Part shown: positions 9,002 through 18,567 of the stretch, in pieces
Position numbering within the stretch: the first letter of the stretch is position 1
Layout of the letters: every line of letters starts with the position of its first letter
Source: a bacterium
GTDB taxonomy: Bacteria > Acidobacteriota > Blastocatellia > HR10
Direction of reading: 5' to 3'
Assembly (NCBI GenBank): GCA_041640655.1
Contig: JBEPZV010000025.1
Span: forward strand, 1 to 36,845
DNA: 36,845 nucleotides
Program-made: the position numbers and the translations under genes
Notes under the pieces: generated by a model
The model's database searches: none
What the model was told of the DNA's origin: nothing
What the model saw: only the letters and a program-made list of their open reading frames with translations

Positions 9002-10978
9002 ATGAATCATGGGCGAGTACTGATGGCGATCGTCTCACTCTGCTTCATTCTGTGGGGTCCATGGGTGGCGATCGTGTGGGCTGGAGAAGAGGAGGCGCAG
9101 CGATCTCCGCGTTCGACGCCAGTGAGACCGGATCGAACGAGCGCAAGTGGCGTGAGAGACGACGACCTGGATACGTCGCGAAGTGAGATTCGTCCGTTGA
9201 TCGAACGCTTCACTATTGATCTCAGCAGTTTGAACCGCTTCTACACGATTCCGATCTCTCCGACTCGGCGCGAACGCTTGAAGACGTTCTACACCGAATG
9301 GCTTCAGCGGTTGGAAGGGGTGAACTTCGAGGCGTTGAGCTTAGATGGGCGTGTGGATTACCTCCTTTTCAAGAATCATCTCGAGTACTTGCTGCGGCAA
9401 TTGGATATTCAAGCGCAGCAGATCGCGGAGATGGAGCCGCTCATGCCTTTTGCTCAGGCGATCATCGAGTTGGAGGAGGCACGACGGCGCATGGAGCCGG
9501 TTCAATCTCAGCACGTGGCCGAGCGGTTGGCGCTGATGAAGAAACAGATCGAAGAAGTACGCCGCGCGGTGGAAGCTGGTTTGCGGGAAGGGCGTTCGGA
9601 TGGTCAAGCTCGAGGGCCAGGAGCAGGGGGGATCACTCCGATTCGCGTCGCGCGGACGGTGGCAAATCGAGCGCTGCAAACCTTGCAGAGCCTGCGGATG
9701 ACCTTGCGGAATTGGTTCAACTTCTACAATGGGTATGATCCACTCTTCACCTGGTGGGTGAGCGAGCCGTATCAATCGGTGGATCAAACGCTCGGGAGCT
9801 ATATGGACTTTTTGGCTCAGCGCGTTGTCGGCGTGAGGATGGAAGAGATGGCGCTGGGCGGCCCGCAGCCGGGACCGGGGCGGGGAGCGGGTGGACCGCA
9901 ACGGCCAACGACGGGGGAAGCGCGACCCCCCGTCCCTCGGCCGGGAGATACGAGCGACATCATCGGCGATCCGATTGGTCGAGAGGCCTTACTCGTCGAG
10001 CTGGCGCGCGAGATGATTCCCTACACTCCCGAAGAGTTGATCGCCATCGCTGAGAAGGAAATGGCCTGGTGCGAGAATGAGATGAAAAAGGCCGCTCGCG
10101 AGCTTGGATTCGGAGACGACTGGAAGAAAGCGCTCGACTATGTCAAGACGCGCTATGTCGAACCCGGCAAGCAGCCGGACCTCGTGCGCGATCTCGCGCG
10201 GGAAGCCATCGCGTTCCTGGAGCAGCGGGACCTGGTGACGATCCCTCCGCTGGCCAAAGAGACCTGGCGCATGGAGATGATGTCGCCCGAACGCCAGCTC
10301 GTGAACCCCTTCTTCACCGGCGGCGAGGTGATCACCGTCTCCTATCCGACCAACACCATGTCGCACGAAGCGAAGATGATGAGCCTGCGGGGCAACAACA
10401 TTCACTTCTCGCGGGCGACCGTCTTCCACGAGCTGATTCCCGGCCATCATCTGCAGGGGTTCATGACGGCGCGCTACAAGCCCTATCGCAACCTCTTCAG
10501 CACGCCGTTCTGGGGCGAGGGTTGGGCTCTCTACTGGGAGTTGCTGTTGTGGGACCTCGGCTTCCATAAATCGCCGGAGGATCGCATCGGAGCGCTCTTC
10601 TGGCGGATGCATCGCTGCGCGCGGATCATCTTCTCGCTCAAGTTCCATCTGGGGGAGATGACTCCGGAGGAGTGCATCAATTATCTCGTCGAACGCGTGG
10701 GGCACGAGCGGGCCAATGCCGAGGGAGAAGTGCGTCGGTCCTTCGGCGGAGCCTACGGGCCGCTCTACCAGGCGGCGTACTTGCTCGGCGGATTGCAATT
10801 TCGCGCCCTCCATCGCGAGTTGGTCGAGTCGGGCAAGATGACCAATCGCGCTTTCCACGATGCCATCCTCCGGGAAGGGCGTATCCCCGTCGAGATGGTG
10901 CGGGCCATCCTCACCCGACAGCCGCTCACGCGCGATTTTCGTTCGTCGTGGCGGTTCTACGATCTGGGACGGCGCTGA
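9002..10978 (+). CDS. DUF885 family secreted protein (putative zinc peptidase)
   Basis: Signal peptide; ATVFHELIPGHHLQ, EGWALYWE, WRMHRCARII, YQAAYLLG, FHDAILREG. The start is uncertain (8957, 8966 or 9002). Confidence 0.88.
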   Translation: MNHGRVLMAIVSLCFILWGPWVAIVWAGEEEAQRSPRSTPVRPDRTSASGVRDDDLDTSRSEIRPLIERFTIDLSSLNRFYTIPISPTRRERLKTFYTEWLQRLEGVNFEALSLDGRVDYLLFKNHLEYLLRQLDIQAQQIAEMEPLMPFAQAIIELEEARRRMEPVQSQHVAERLALMKKQIEEVRRAVEAGLREGRSDGQARGPGAGGITPIRVARTVANRALQTLQSLRMTLRNWFNFYNGYDPLFTWWVSEPYQSVDQTLGSYMDFLAQRVVGVRMEEMALGGPQPGPGRGAGGPQRPTTGEARPPVPRPGDTSDIIGDPIGREALLVELAREMIPYTPEELIAIAEKEMAWCENEMKKAARELGFGDDWKKALDYVKTRYVEPGKQPDLVRDLAREAIAFLEQRDLVTIPPLAKETWRMEMMSPERQLVNPFFTGGEVITVSYPTNTMSHEAKMMSLRGNNIHFSRATVFHELIPGHHLQGFMTARYKPYRNLFSTPFWGEGWALYWELLLWDLGFHKSPEDRIGALFWRMHRCARIIFSLKFHLGEMTPEECINYLVERVGHERANAEGEVRRSFGGAYGPLYQAAYLLGGLQFRALHRELVESGKMTNRAFHDAILREGRIPVEMVRAILTRQPLTRDFRSSWRFYDLGRR

Positions 10979-11000
10979 GCCGACCACGCGGGAGGGGAAG

Positions 11001-12803
11001 ATGACGACCGGACGGATCTCGCGTCGCGCGTTTCTTGGCAGCGTCGGGATGCTGGGAGCGAGCGCCCTCGTGACTCCGGCTCGCTCCCGCTCGGCGATGC
11101 CGCGGGTCGTCCTCCAGGTGCCCAACGGGACGATCCACCTCTTCACCTCGACCAGTGGCGTTCACGTTCCGCCTCGCGGGCGGTCGTACATGAAGTTCAG
11201 CTTCGACTTCCCGGAGCCCTCCGTCGAATTCGAGGGGTATCAGTTCGGGTTCCTCATCTTCACCCACGAGAATGTCTACGGGCTGGACCGCGAGCGAATG
11301 ACCGTGAGCGCGCGCGATGGCACGCTGGAACTTCACTGCGACCGGCTCGTGTGGGCCGGTGGGCAAGAGAAAGCACCGGGACGGCTGCGGGCGCGTCTGG
11401 AGAAGCGCGGCGCGTTCATCGAGTGGGACGCGACCGTGGAGATGACGCGCCCGATCCGAGCCGTCACGACGATCATCCGTGGCGTGCCGCGCGGGCGGAT
11501 ATCGAGCGCGTTGCAGGGCTTTTTCGATCCGCGCGAGGATGAAGTGCTTTTGGGCTATCCTTTCTCCGGCGGCAATCTGTTCGGTCCGGGAGCGGCGCGC
11601 GGCATGGAGACGCCGCTCGCCCTCGTGCAGGCGGGGGAAGGCGATTTCTTCTTCATCTCATCGCTCGATGATCGCGTGCGAACCAAGCGCTACTACTTTC
11701 AGCCCGGGGAGCGCGGCTATCGCCTGGAAGCTGTCTGCGAACTGGAAGGATGGACACGGCAGACCAGGGTGACGTTTCCCCGCTGGCGCATCGGGCGAGC
11801 ACCGACGGTGGAGGCGATTGCGCGCGCGCACTATGAGCATCTGGAGCGCGTCTATCACCTGCAACCGTGGGAGACGCGCCGAGACGTTCCCGATTGGCTG
11901 CGGCGCATCGCGTTGGTCGTCACGCTTCACGGCATGCACTACACGGGCTACATCTTCAACGACTATGCCCGCATGGCGGAGATCTTGCGCTGGATGGCCG
12001 AGCGCATCCCGCCCGATCGCGTGCTCGTTTTTCTCTCGGCCTGGGATGGGCGATACTACTGGGAGTATCCCCTCTATCGGCCCGCGCCGCGCATGGGCGG
12101 GGAGGAGGGATTTCGTCGGCTCGTTCAGGGAGCGCAAAAGCTCGGCTTTCGCATCATGCCGATGTTCGGAGCGAACGCGGCCAATCGTCAGCAGCCTGTC
12201 TTCGCGCGCGTGGCCGACGCGGCGACGGCCAGGATTGACGGCGATCGGTTCGATCTCAACTGGGTGGATTGGGACAACGATCGCCATCAGGACGGCTGGC
12301 TCTCGTACATGAATCTGGGCGTCGCCTCCTGGCGCGAGTATCTGTTCGAACGCATCGCGGAGGTCATCGAGCGCTACGGCGTGGATGCGTATTTTCTCGA
12401 CATCGTCGGTGGATGGGTGAACAATCCGCAGGCCGATATGCATGAGGGGACGCGGCGGCTCGTCCTCGATCTGCGGGCGAAATATCCGCATGTTCTGGCC
12501 TGTGGCGAGATGCACTATGACGCGCTCTTGGAGTTCATCCCTCTCTATCACGTCTTCTCGCAAATCGCCTATCCGGCGGCCGTTCAAAAATACGCGCGCT
12601 TTTTCCAGCATCTCAGCCATCCGGCGCCGGGGCGAGGAAGCACGGGCGTGCACGAGGCGGGCTTCGGCCGCTGGAATCCGGAGACGCTCTCGCTGCGCGA
12701 CGAACAAATCCCCACGCTCAGCGTCGTGGACGACACCTTCACGACCTCTCGCGATCAGATGGAGGCCGTCATCCGCCGCGCCCGTCAACGCGCCGGAATC
12801 TGA
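11001..12803 (+). CDS. Tat-exported putative glycoside hydrolase (TIM-barrel, GH36/DUF6259-like), specificity unknown
   Basis: GGAGG RBS; twin-arginine signal SRRAFL; YPLYRPAPRMGGEEGFRRLV...LGFRIMP, MNLGVASWREYL, YGVDAYFLDIVG (nucleophile-like Asp), ACGE. Confidence 0.6.
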   Translation: MTTGRISRRAFLGSVGMLGASALVTPARSRSAMPRVVLQVPNGTIHLFTSTSGVHVPPRGRSYMKFSFDFPEPSVEFEGYQFGFLIFTHENVYGLDRERMTVSARDGTLELHCDRLVWAGGQEKAPGRLRARLEKRGAFIEWDATVEMTRPIRAVTTIIRGVPRGRISSALQGFFDPREDEVLLGYPFSGGNLFGPGAARGMETPLALVQAGEGDFFFISSLDDRVRTKRYYFQPGERGYRLEAVCELEGWTRQTRVTFPRWRIGRAPTVEAIARAHYEHLERVYHLQPWETRRDVPDWLRRIALVVTLHGMHYTGYIFNDYARMAEILRWMAERIPPDRVLVFLSAWDGRYYWEYPLYRPAPRMGGEEGFRRLVQGAQKLGFRIMPMFGANAANRQQPVFARVADAATARIDGDRFDLNWVDWDNDRHQDGWLSYMNLGVASWREYLFERIAEVIERYGVDAYFLDIVGGWVNNPQADMHEGTRRLVLDLRAKYPHVLACGEMHYDALLEFIPLYHVFSQIAYPAAVQKYARFFQHLSHPAPGRGSTGVHEAGFGRWNPETLSLRDEQIPTLSVVDDTFTTSRDQMEAVIRRARQRAGI

Positions 12804-12844
12804 GAGGTGGAACTCGTCATCTCCCGCGAGTCGGTGAGAGGAGG

Positions 12845-15634
12845 ATGCACATGATGAAAGGAATCCTGGGGCAGATCGTGAGCGGGCTCTTCGCGCTCTC
12901 CCTTCTCACGTCCGGGTACGCGTGGAGGCGTGGGGAGCGGGGGGAGGTCGTGCCCTCCCTTCAAGAAGCCTTCGCCTCCGGACGTCCGGAACGGGCTTCC
13001 GATGAGACGCAACGCCGTCTCGACGAACTTCTGCGCACGGGATTCACCTTTCGGAATCTCGGCCCGTTTCGAGCGGGTGCCTGGATCTCTGACATCGCCG
13101 TTCCCGAGACTCCGGGGCGCGAACACCTCTACACGTTTTACGTCGCCGCGCGCAACGGCGGCGTGTGGAAGACGACGAATAACGGAACGACCTTCGAACC
13201 GATCTTCGATGCTGTGGGCGTGAGTTCTATGGGAGCCTTAGCCATCGCTCCCTCGGACTCGAGAATCGTGTGGGTGGGAACGGGCGATGCCTCCAATGCG
13301 CGAAGCGCATATCCGGGGAACGGGGTCTATAAGTCGGAGGACGGGGGAAAGACGTGGACGCACATGGGGCTCGCGGATACGCATCATATCGCCCGCATCG
13401 TGATCCATTCCACTGATCCGAACATCGTGTATGTAGCGGCGATGGGGCACTTGTATACGCCGAATTCGGAGCGGGGCGTCTTCAAAACGGAAGATGGCGG
13501 GCGAACGTGGCGACGAGTGCTCTTCGTGAACGACCGGACGGGGGCGATTGATCTGGTGATGAATCGTCGCGACCCGGAGACCCTCTATGCGGCCACCTAC
13601 GAGTGTTTGCGATTGCCGTGGCGGCTGCTGGACGGAGGGCCGGGGAGCAGCCTTTACAAGACCACCGATGGAGGCCGGACCTGGCAACGGCTCACAGGGG
13701 GATTGCCCACGGGGGTCATCGGTCGGATCGGCATAGACCTCTATCAACGGGATCCGCGAATCCTCTACGCCGTCGTGGACAATCGAAATTCGCGCCCGCC
13801 AACAGAAGAGGAAGCCGAGCAAGACCGCGCGCGAGGGATCGCGCCACGCCCGCGATTGATCGGAGGCGAAGTCTATCGCACCGATGATGGAGGCCTCACC
13901 TGGAGGAAGATGAACGCCGAGCGCGATGATGTGAGCCGGAAAACGGGATACGCGTTCAATCAGATTCGCGTGGATCCGAACAACCCGGATCGGATTTTCG
14001 TCACGGGGGCGACGTTGCTCATGTCTGAGGATGGCGGGCGAACATGGGTGGGATTGCGCGGGGCGAGGGAGCCTCGTCCCTTCCGGCGCGCCTTCGGCGA
14101 TTTCCGCACCCTGTGGATTGATCCGCAGGACTCGAACCGAATCATCGCCGGATCCGATGGCGGCGTCTTCATCTCCTACGACGGTGGACGGACGTGCGAT
14201 CACCTCTGGACTCTCCCCTTGGGCGAGGTCTATGCGATCGCCGTGGACATGGAGGACCCGTATCACATCTATGCCGGGCTCCAGGATCATGACTCTTGGC
14301 GAGGGCCCAGCAACGGATGGAGCGGGAGCGTGGGATTGGAAGACTGGGTGACCGTTGGCAGCGGAGACGGCATGTACAACCAGGTGGACCCCACCGACAG
14401 CCGATGGGTGTATAACACGCAGCAGTTCGGAGGACATCATCGAGCCGATCTGAAGCTCCGCGTGCGGAAGCGGATCGAACCCGCGCGCCCTGCAGGGCAA
14501 CCGCCCCTGCGCTTCAATTGGACGCCGCCGTTGATCCTTTCGCCTCATGATCCACGCGTGCTGTATACGGGGGCGCAGGTCGTCCTCCGTTCGCGAGATC
14601 GCGGAGACACCTGGGAGGAGATCAGCCCTGATTTGACGACGAACGATCCGGAAAAGATCAGCGAGCCCGGAGCGGGTGTTCAATTCTGCACGATAACGAC
14701 CATCTCGGAATCGCCGCGGCAACCGGGTTGGCTCTGGGTAGGGACGGATGACGGCAAGGTGTGGGTGACCCGAGATGGGGGCGCCACGTGGACGGATGTG
14801 ACGAGAGCGCTGACCAAAGCCGGCGCTCCCGAAGATGCCTGGGTCACGCGCGTCTTCGCCTCTCGATTCGATGGAGGGACCGCCTATGTCGCGAAGTCGC
14901 GCCATCGTCAGGACGATTTTCGTCCGTTCCTCTACAAGACGACGGATTTCGGCGCCACGTGGACGCCGATTGTGAACGGCTTGCCGAATCGGCCCGTCAA
15001 TGTGATCATCGAGGATACTCACCGTCGAGAGCTTCTCTTCGCGGGGACCGATGGCGGAGTCTTTGTCTCTTTCGATGGAGGGCGACGATGGCGAAAGTTC
15101 GGCGGGAATATGCCGACGATTCCCGTCACCGATTTGCTCGTGCATCCCCGCGAGGGGGACCTCGTCGTCGGGACATACGGTCGGGGAATCTGGGTGACGG
15201 ACATCACCCCGCTTCGAGAGTTGGGAGAACAGGTCGTCCAGAAGGACGTGCACCTCTTTGCCGTGCGACCTCGGGCGCCGCGGAACGAAGGGGCGTGGGG
15301 GAATTACCGATTGTATGGGGATCGAGTCCTGATGACCCCCAATGAGCCCAATGGGCTTGTGTTCGTCTATTACCTGAAGGAGGACGCGCGTGAGCCCGTC
15401 GAGATCATTGTCGAGGATCACGAAGGCAGAGAGGTTCGTCGGTTAAACGGCGTTGGGAAAGCCGGGATCAATCGCCTCGTTTGGAACTTCACCGATGCGC
15501 AGGGGAGGATCGTTCCTCCCGGAGTGTTTCGCGTGACCCTTCGCGTCGGCCCGTGGACGCTGAGTCAAGAGGCGCGCGTCCTCGCCGGCCTGGGGCATGA
15601 AGCATCGGGAGAGACAGCGAAAGGAGCATCATGA
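12845..15634 (+). CDS. BNR/Asp-box repeat, sortilin/VPS10-like beta-propeller protein with C-terminal FlgD/Ig-like domain
   Basis: Many (S/T)xDGGxTW Asp boxes; FRNLGP, GGVWKTTNNGTTF, VWVGTGD, YAGLQD, LRFNWTPP, WEEISPDLT, DLVVGTYGRG. Confidence 0.88.
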   Translation: MHMMKGILGQIVSGLFALSLLTSGYAWRRGERGEVVPSLQEAFASGRPERASDETQRRLDELLRTGFTFRNLGPFRAGAWISDIAVPETPGREHLYTFYVAARNGGVWKTTNNGTTFEPIFDAVGVSSMGALAIAPSDSRIVWVGTGDASNARSAYPGNGVYKSEDGGKTWTHMGLADTHHIARIVIHSTDPNIVYVAAMGHLYTPNSERGVFKTEDGGRTWRRVLFVNDRTGAIDLVMNRRDPETLYAATYECLRLPWRLLDGGPGSSLYKTTDGGRTWQRLTGGLPTGVIGRIGIDLYQRDPRILYAVVDNRNSRPPTEEEAEQDRARGIAPRPRLIGGEVYRTDDGGLTWRKMNAERDDVSRKTGYAFNQIRVDPNNPDRIFVTGATLLMSEDGGRTWVGLRGAREPRPFRRAFGDFRTLWIDPQDSNRIIAGSDGGVFISYDGGRTCDHLWTLPLGEVYAIAVDMEDPYHIYAGLQDHDSWRGPSNGWSGSVGLEDWVTVGSGDGMYNQVDPTDSRWVYNTQQFGGHHRADLKLRVRKRIEPARPAGQPPLRFNWTPPLILSPHDPRVLYTGAQVVLRSRDRGDTWEEISPDLTTNDPEKISEPGAGVQFCTITTISESPRQPGWLWVGTDDGKVWVTRDGGATWTDVTRALTKAGAPEDAWVTRVFASRFDGGTAYVAKSRHRQDDFRPFLYKTTDFGATWTPIVNGLPNRPVNVIIEDTHRRELLFAGTDGGVFVSFDGGRRWRKFGGNMPTIPVTDLLVHPREGDLVVGTYGRGIWVTDITPLRELGEQVVQKDVHLFAVRPRAPRNEGAWGNYRLYGDRVLMTPNEPNGLVFVYYLKEDAREPVEIIVEDHEGREVRRLNGVGKAGINRLVWNFTDAQGRIVPPGVFRVTLRVGPWTLSQEARVLAGLGHEASGETAKGAS

Positions 15635-18519
15635 TCGTGAGGAGGAGAGGGCGAATGTTCGATCGTATCTCACAGGGCATCGGGCTGAGCATTGTTCTCG
15701 TGACCGTCCTCTTTCCTCCTTTCCGACATGTGGCGGGACAACTGTCTCAAGGGACGATTCGAGCGGCGCATTTCGTGCTCACGTATGACCGGCGGGGGAT
15801 CACCGGGTTGTGGAATCCCCAAGATCCGTTTCAGGCCAACCTCGTGAGCGACGACGGACGCTTGGGCGAGCCGGTCGTGACCTACCGAGTGGAAGGCGGC
15901 GATTGGTTGCCGATTTATACGGGAGCGCGACGGCTCGAGGCGGAGCCGGAGAAAGGGATGCTCACCTATACGGATTTCGATCCCGGATCTCCGCTCAAGA
16001 TGGTTCAGCAGTTCACGCTCGCAGATGAAGTCCTCGACTGGGTCATCGAGATCGAGACGACGATGAACTTCCCCGTCGTGATCGGGGACCTCGCGCTGCC
16101 AATTCCCTGGCGCTTCCCGACGGGGCCGGACGCGCCGACGATCTTCGAGCGGAGTTGGACGAAGCATCATTTCATCTCCGGTCACGGGTCGTTCCTCTAC
16201 TTCGTGCGACCGAGCGGGGACCCGCCGTATTTAGTCATCACTGTGCATCCGGGGACGAAGTTCGAGTACTACACGTCGGAGAGAAGGGGCAATTACCGGG
16301 CCTATATTCACTCGGGACTCTCCGGTGGGCGCGAGACGCGTGGGAGTTGGCGGCAGCCGCATACGGTTTTAGAGCTGCAACCGGCGGGGGCTCCGGGAAG
16401 CGCCGTGCGTTACGGCGTTCGGTTTCAGTGGGCCTGGTCCTATGCCGAGATGCGCGAGATTCTCTATCGGGAGGGGCTCTTCGATATTCGCATTGTTCCC
16501 GGCATGACGGTTCCCGAGGACCTGACGGCCCTGATCGCCCTTCGCACGAAGGCCCGCATCGAGGTGCTGGAACCGGAGTTCCCTGACAAGACGCGCATCA
16601 CGTACCTCGGCGAGCGACGCCCCGATCATCATCTCTACCGCATCGCCTTCGCGCGACTCGGCGAGAACCTGTTGACGATTCGACATGATGGTGGCCGGCA
16701 AACGTATCTGGAGTTCTTCGTAACGGAACCGCTCGAAGTCTTGATCAAGAAGCGAAGCCGGTTCATCACCCACCGGCAGCAACATCGGGACCCCTCCAAG
16801 TGGTACAACGGACTCTACTCGGTCTACGACATGAAGAACAAAGTCCTGCGAAGTCCGGAGAATACCGATGGGTTCGATTATTGGTGGGGGTATGTCCTGG
16901 CCTCCGATGATCCGGTGCTCGGCAAAGCTCCGTTTGTGGCGGCGAAGAACGTCCATTTTCCCGATCCGGAGGAGATCGCCTCGGTCGAATACTACATCGA
17001 GCATTTCGTCTGGGGCGGCTTGCAACGCACGGATCAGGAACACCCGTATCCGTACGGCATCTACGGTGTGCCCAACTGGAAAGTGAACCGCGATCCCGAT
17101 CTGCGGGCACGCGCGGGGATTCGCAATCGCCATCTCGACAAGATGCCCATCTGGCGCTCGTTCGATTATCCTCACGTCATCATGCTTTATTTCCACATGT
17201 ATGAGATCGCCGGGAAATATCCGCAGATGGTGCGCTATCTCGATGCGCGAGGGTATCTCGAGCGCGCCTATCAGACGGCGCGGGCCTACTTCCTCTATCC
17301 CTATGAGATCCTGCCTCTGGAGTACGAGACGTACAAGATCGGCTGCTATAACGAAGTGGTGATTCCGTCGCTCATCGCCGCGCTGGAGCGAGAAGGGTTC
17401 CCGGAGAAAGCGGCATGGCTGCGTGGCGAGTGGGAGAAGAAGGTCAAATACTTCATCTACGACGATCCCTATCCCTATCGCTCGGAGTATCCGTTCGATC
17501 GAACGGCGTTCGAGACGACGTACGCGGTGGCCAAGTACGGAGCCACGCACGAGATGAAGCCGGATGAGAACCTGTGGTTCGACAAGAGGCTGCAGAAGTG
17601 GTATTCGCATCCCGTCGTGCGCAAGGAAGACGCACGGGCATTCATGGAGCGACAACTGCGGGCGAATTTGGCCGTTCGGGGATGGCTGGAAGCGGCCTAT
17701 TATCTGCTCGGTGCGGATTTCACCGGTTCCTCCGATGCGGGGGCGATGAGTTATATGGCGGCCATGGGCGGCTGGGGAATTCTCGACTATGCCGTTCATT
17801 TCGCCCGAGACCCCACCGACTGGCTTCAGCTCGGATACGCCTCTTACCTCAGCTCCTGGTCGCTCATGAATACCGGGCGACCGGAGACGAACTATGGCTT
17901 CTGGTTCCCCGGCAAGGAGAACGATGGAGCTGCCGGATGGCAGTTCATGACGGCCAAGTTCGGACGTGCCTGGATTCGGAAAGATATGCCGCGCGGGGCC
18001 TGGCACTACGACGGCGAAATTGATCTCGGCTACGGCGGGGCGCTTCGCATGGCGGCGACGATTCTGACGCGCGATCCGCTCTTCGATTGGTTCGCCTATG
18101 GGGGCGCGCTCACGATCACCGCCGACGAGTTTTCCATCATCCCGCGCGATGGGTTGCGGAAGCGTTTTCACATCGTGCGGCCTGATCTTCGGATGACGAT
18201 CGAGCTGGATCGAGACGGATTCGCTGCCGAGCGACCGATCGTCGTCGCGCGAGACCTGGGGCGCATTCGGATGATGGTGGAGAATCGAACGGCGGATGCG
18301 CATGTGACGCGGCTGAGGGTCTCCGTCAGAGATCGAGCGTTGGGAGAAGCGTCCCCTGCGGGGACCGGATCGCCGCGCGCGGCCTACACAATCGTTCAGG
18401 AGGGACGGCGCCTGGGGGTCGTTCGATTCGGCGAGGAGTCCGAGATCGCGCTGACCGTCTCTGGAACGGCGACGGTCATCGAGCTGATCCGGACGCGCGA
18501 GGGAAGAGAGGGGAAGTGA
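15631..18519 (+). CDS. DUF5695 family secreted protein (putative glycoside hydrolase)
   Basis: ATGA overlap with the upstream stop (alternative ATG at 15655); signal peptide; HHFISGHGSFLYFVRPSG, FVWGGLQ, YPYGIYG, WRSFDYPH, RSEYPFDRTAFE, GYASYLSSWSL, YDGEIDLG. The family was recognised from memory. Confidence 0.72.
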   Translation: MIVRRRGRMFDRISQGIGLSIVLVTVLFPPFRHVAGQLSQGTIRAAHFVLTYDRRGITGLWNPQDPFQANLVSDDGRLGEPVVTYRVEGGDWLPIYTGARRLEAEPEKGMLTYTDFDPGSPLKMVQQFTLADEVLDWVIEIETTMNFPVVIGDLALPIPWRFPTGPDAPTIFERSWTKHHFISGHGSFLYFVRPSGDPPYLVITVHPGTKFEYYTSERRGNYRAYIHSGLSGGRETRGSWRQPHTVLELQPAGAPGSAVRYGVRFQWAWSYAEMREILYREGLFDIRIVPGMTVPEDLTALIALRTKARIEVLEPEFPDKTRITYLGERRPDHHLYRIAFARLGENLLTIRHDGGRQTYLEFFVTEPLEVLIKKRSRFITHRQQHRDPSKWYNGLYSVYDMKNKVLRSPENTDGFDYWWGYVLASDDPVLGKAPFVAAKNVHFPDPEEIASVEYYIEHFVWGGLQRTDQEHPYPYGIYGVPNWKVNRDPDLRARAGIRNRHLDKMPIWRSFDYPHVIMLYFHMYEIAGKYPQMVRYLDARGYLERAYQTARAYFLYPYEILPLEYETYKIGCYNEVVIPSLIAALEREGFPEKAAWLRGEWEKKVKYFIYDDPYPYRSEYPFDRTAFETTYAVAKYGATHEMKPDENLWFDKRLQKWYSHPVVRKEDARAFMERQLRANLAVRGWLEAAYYLLGADFTGSSDAGAMSYMAAMGGWGILDYAVHFARDPTDWLQLGYASYLSSWSLMNTGRPETNYGFWFPGKENDGAAGWQFMTAKFGRAWIRKDMPRGAWHYDGEIDLGYGGALRMAATILTRDPLFDWFAYGGALTITADEFSIIPRDGLRKRFHIVRPDLRMTIELDRDGFAAERPIVVARDLGRIRMMVENRTADAHVTRLRVSVRDRALGEASPAGTGSPRAAYTIVQEGRRLGVVRFGEESEIALTVSGTATVIELIRTREGREGK

Positions 18520-18567
18520 TCCTCGTTTTCTGGAATGCAGCGGGCGAGGCGAAAAGAGGGGGCAGGC

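Noticed and set aside
18517..18567. In-frame TGA between DUF5695 and GH31 suggesting read-through or a split fusion
   Set aside because: GH31 has its own start and Tat signal, and I see no recoding signal. A shared frame occurs one time in three by chance.
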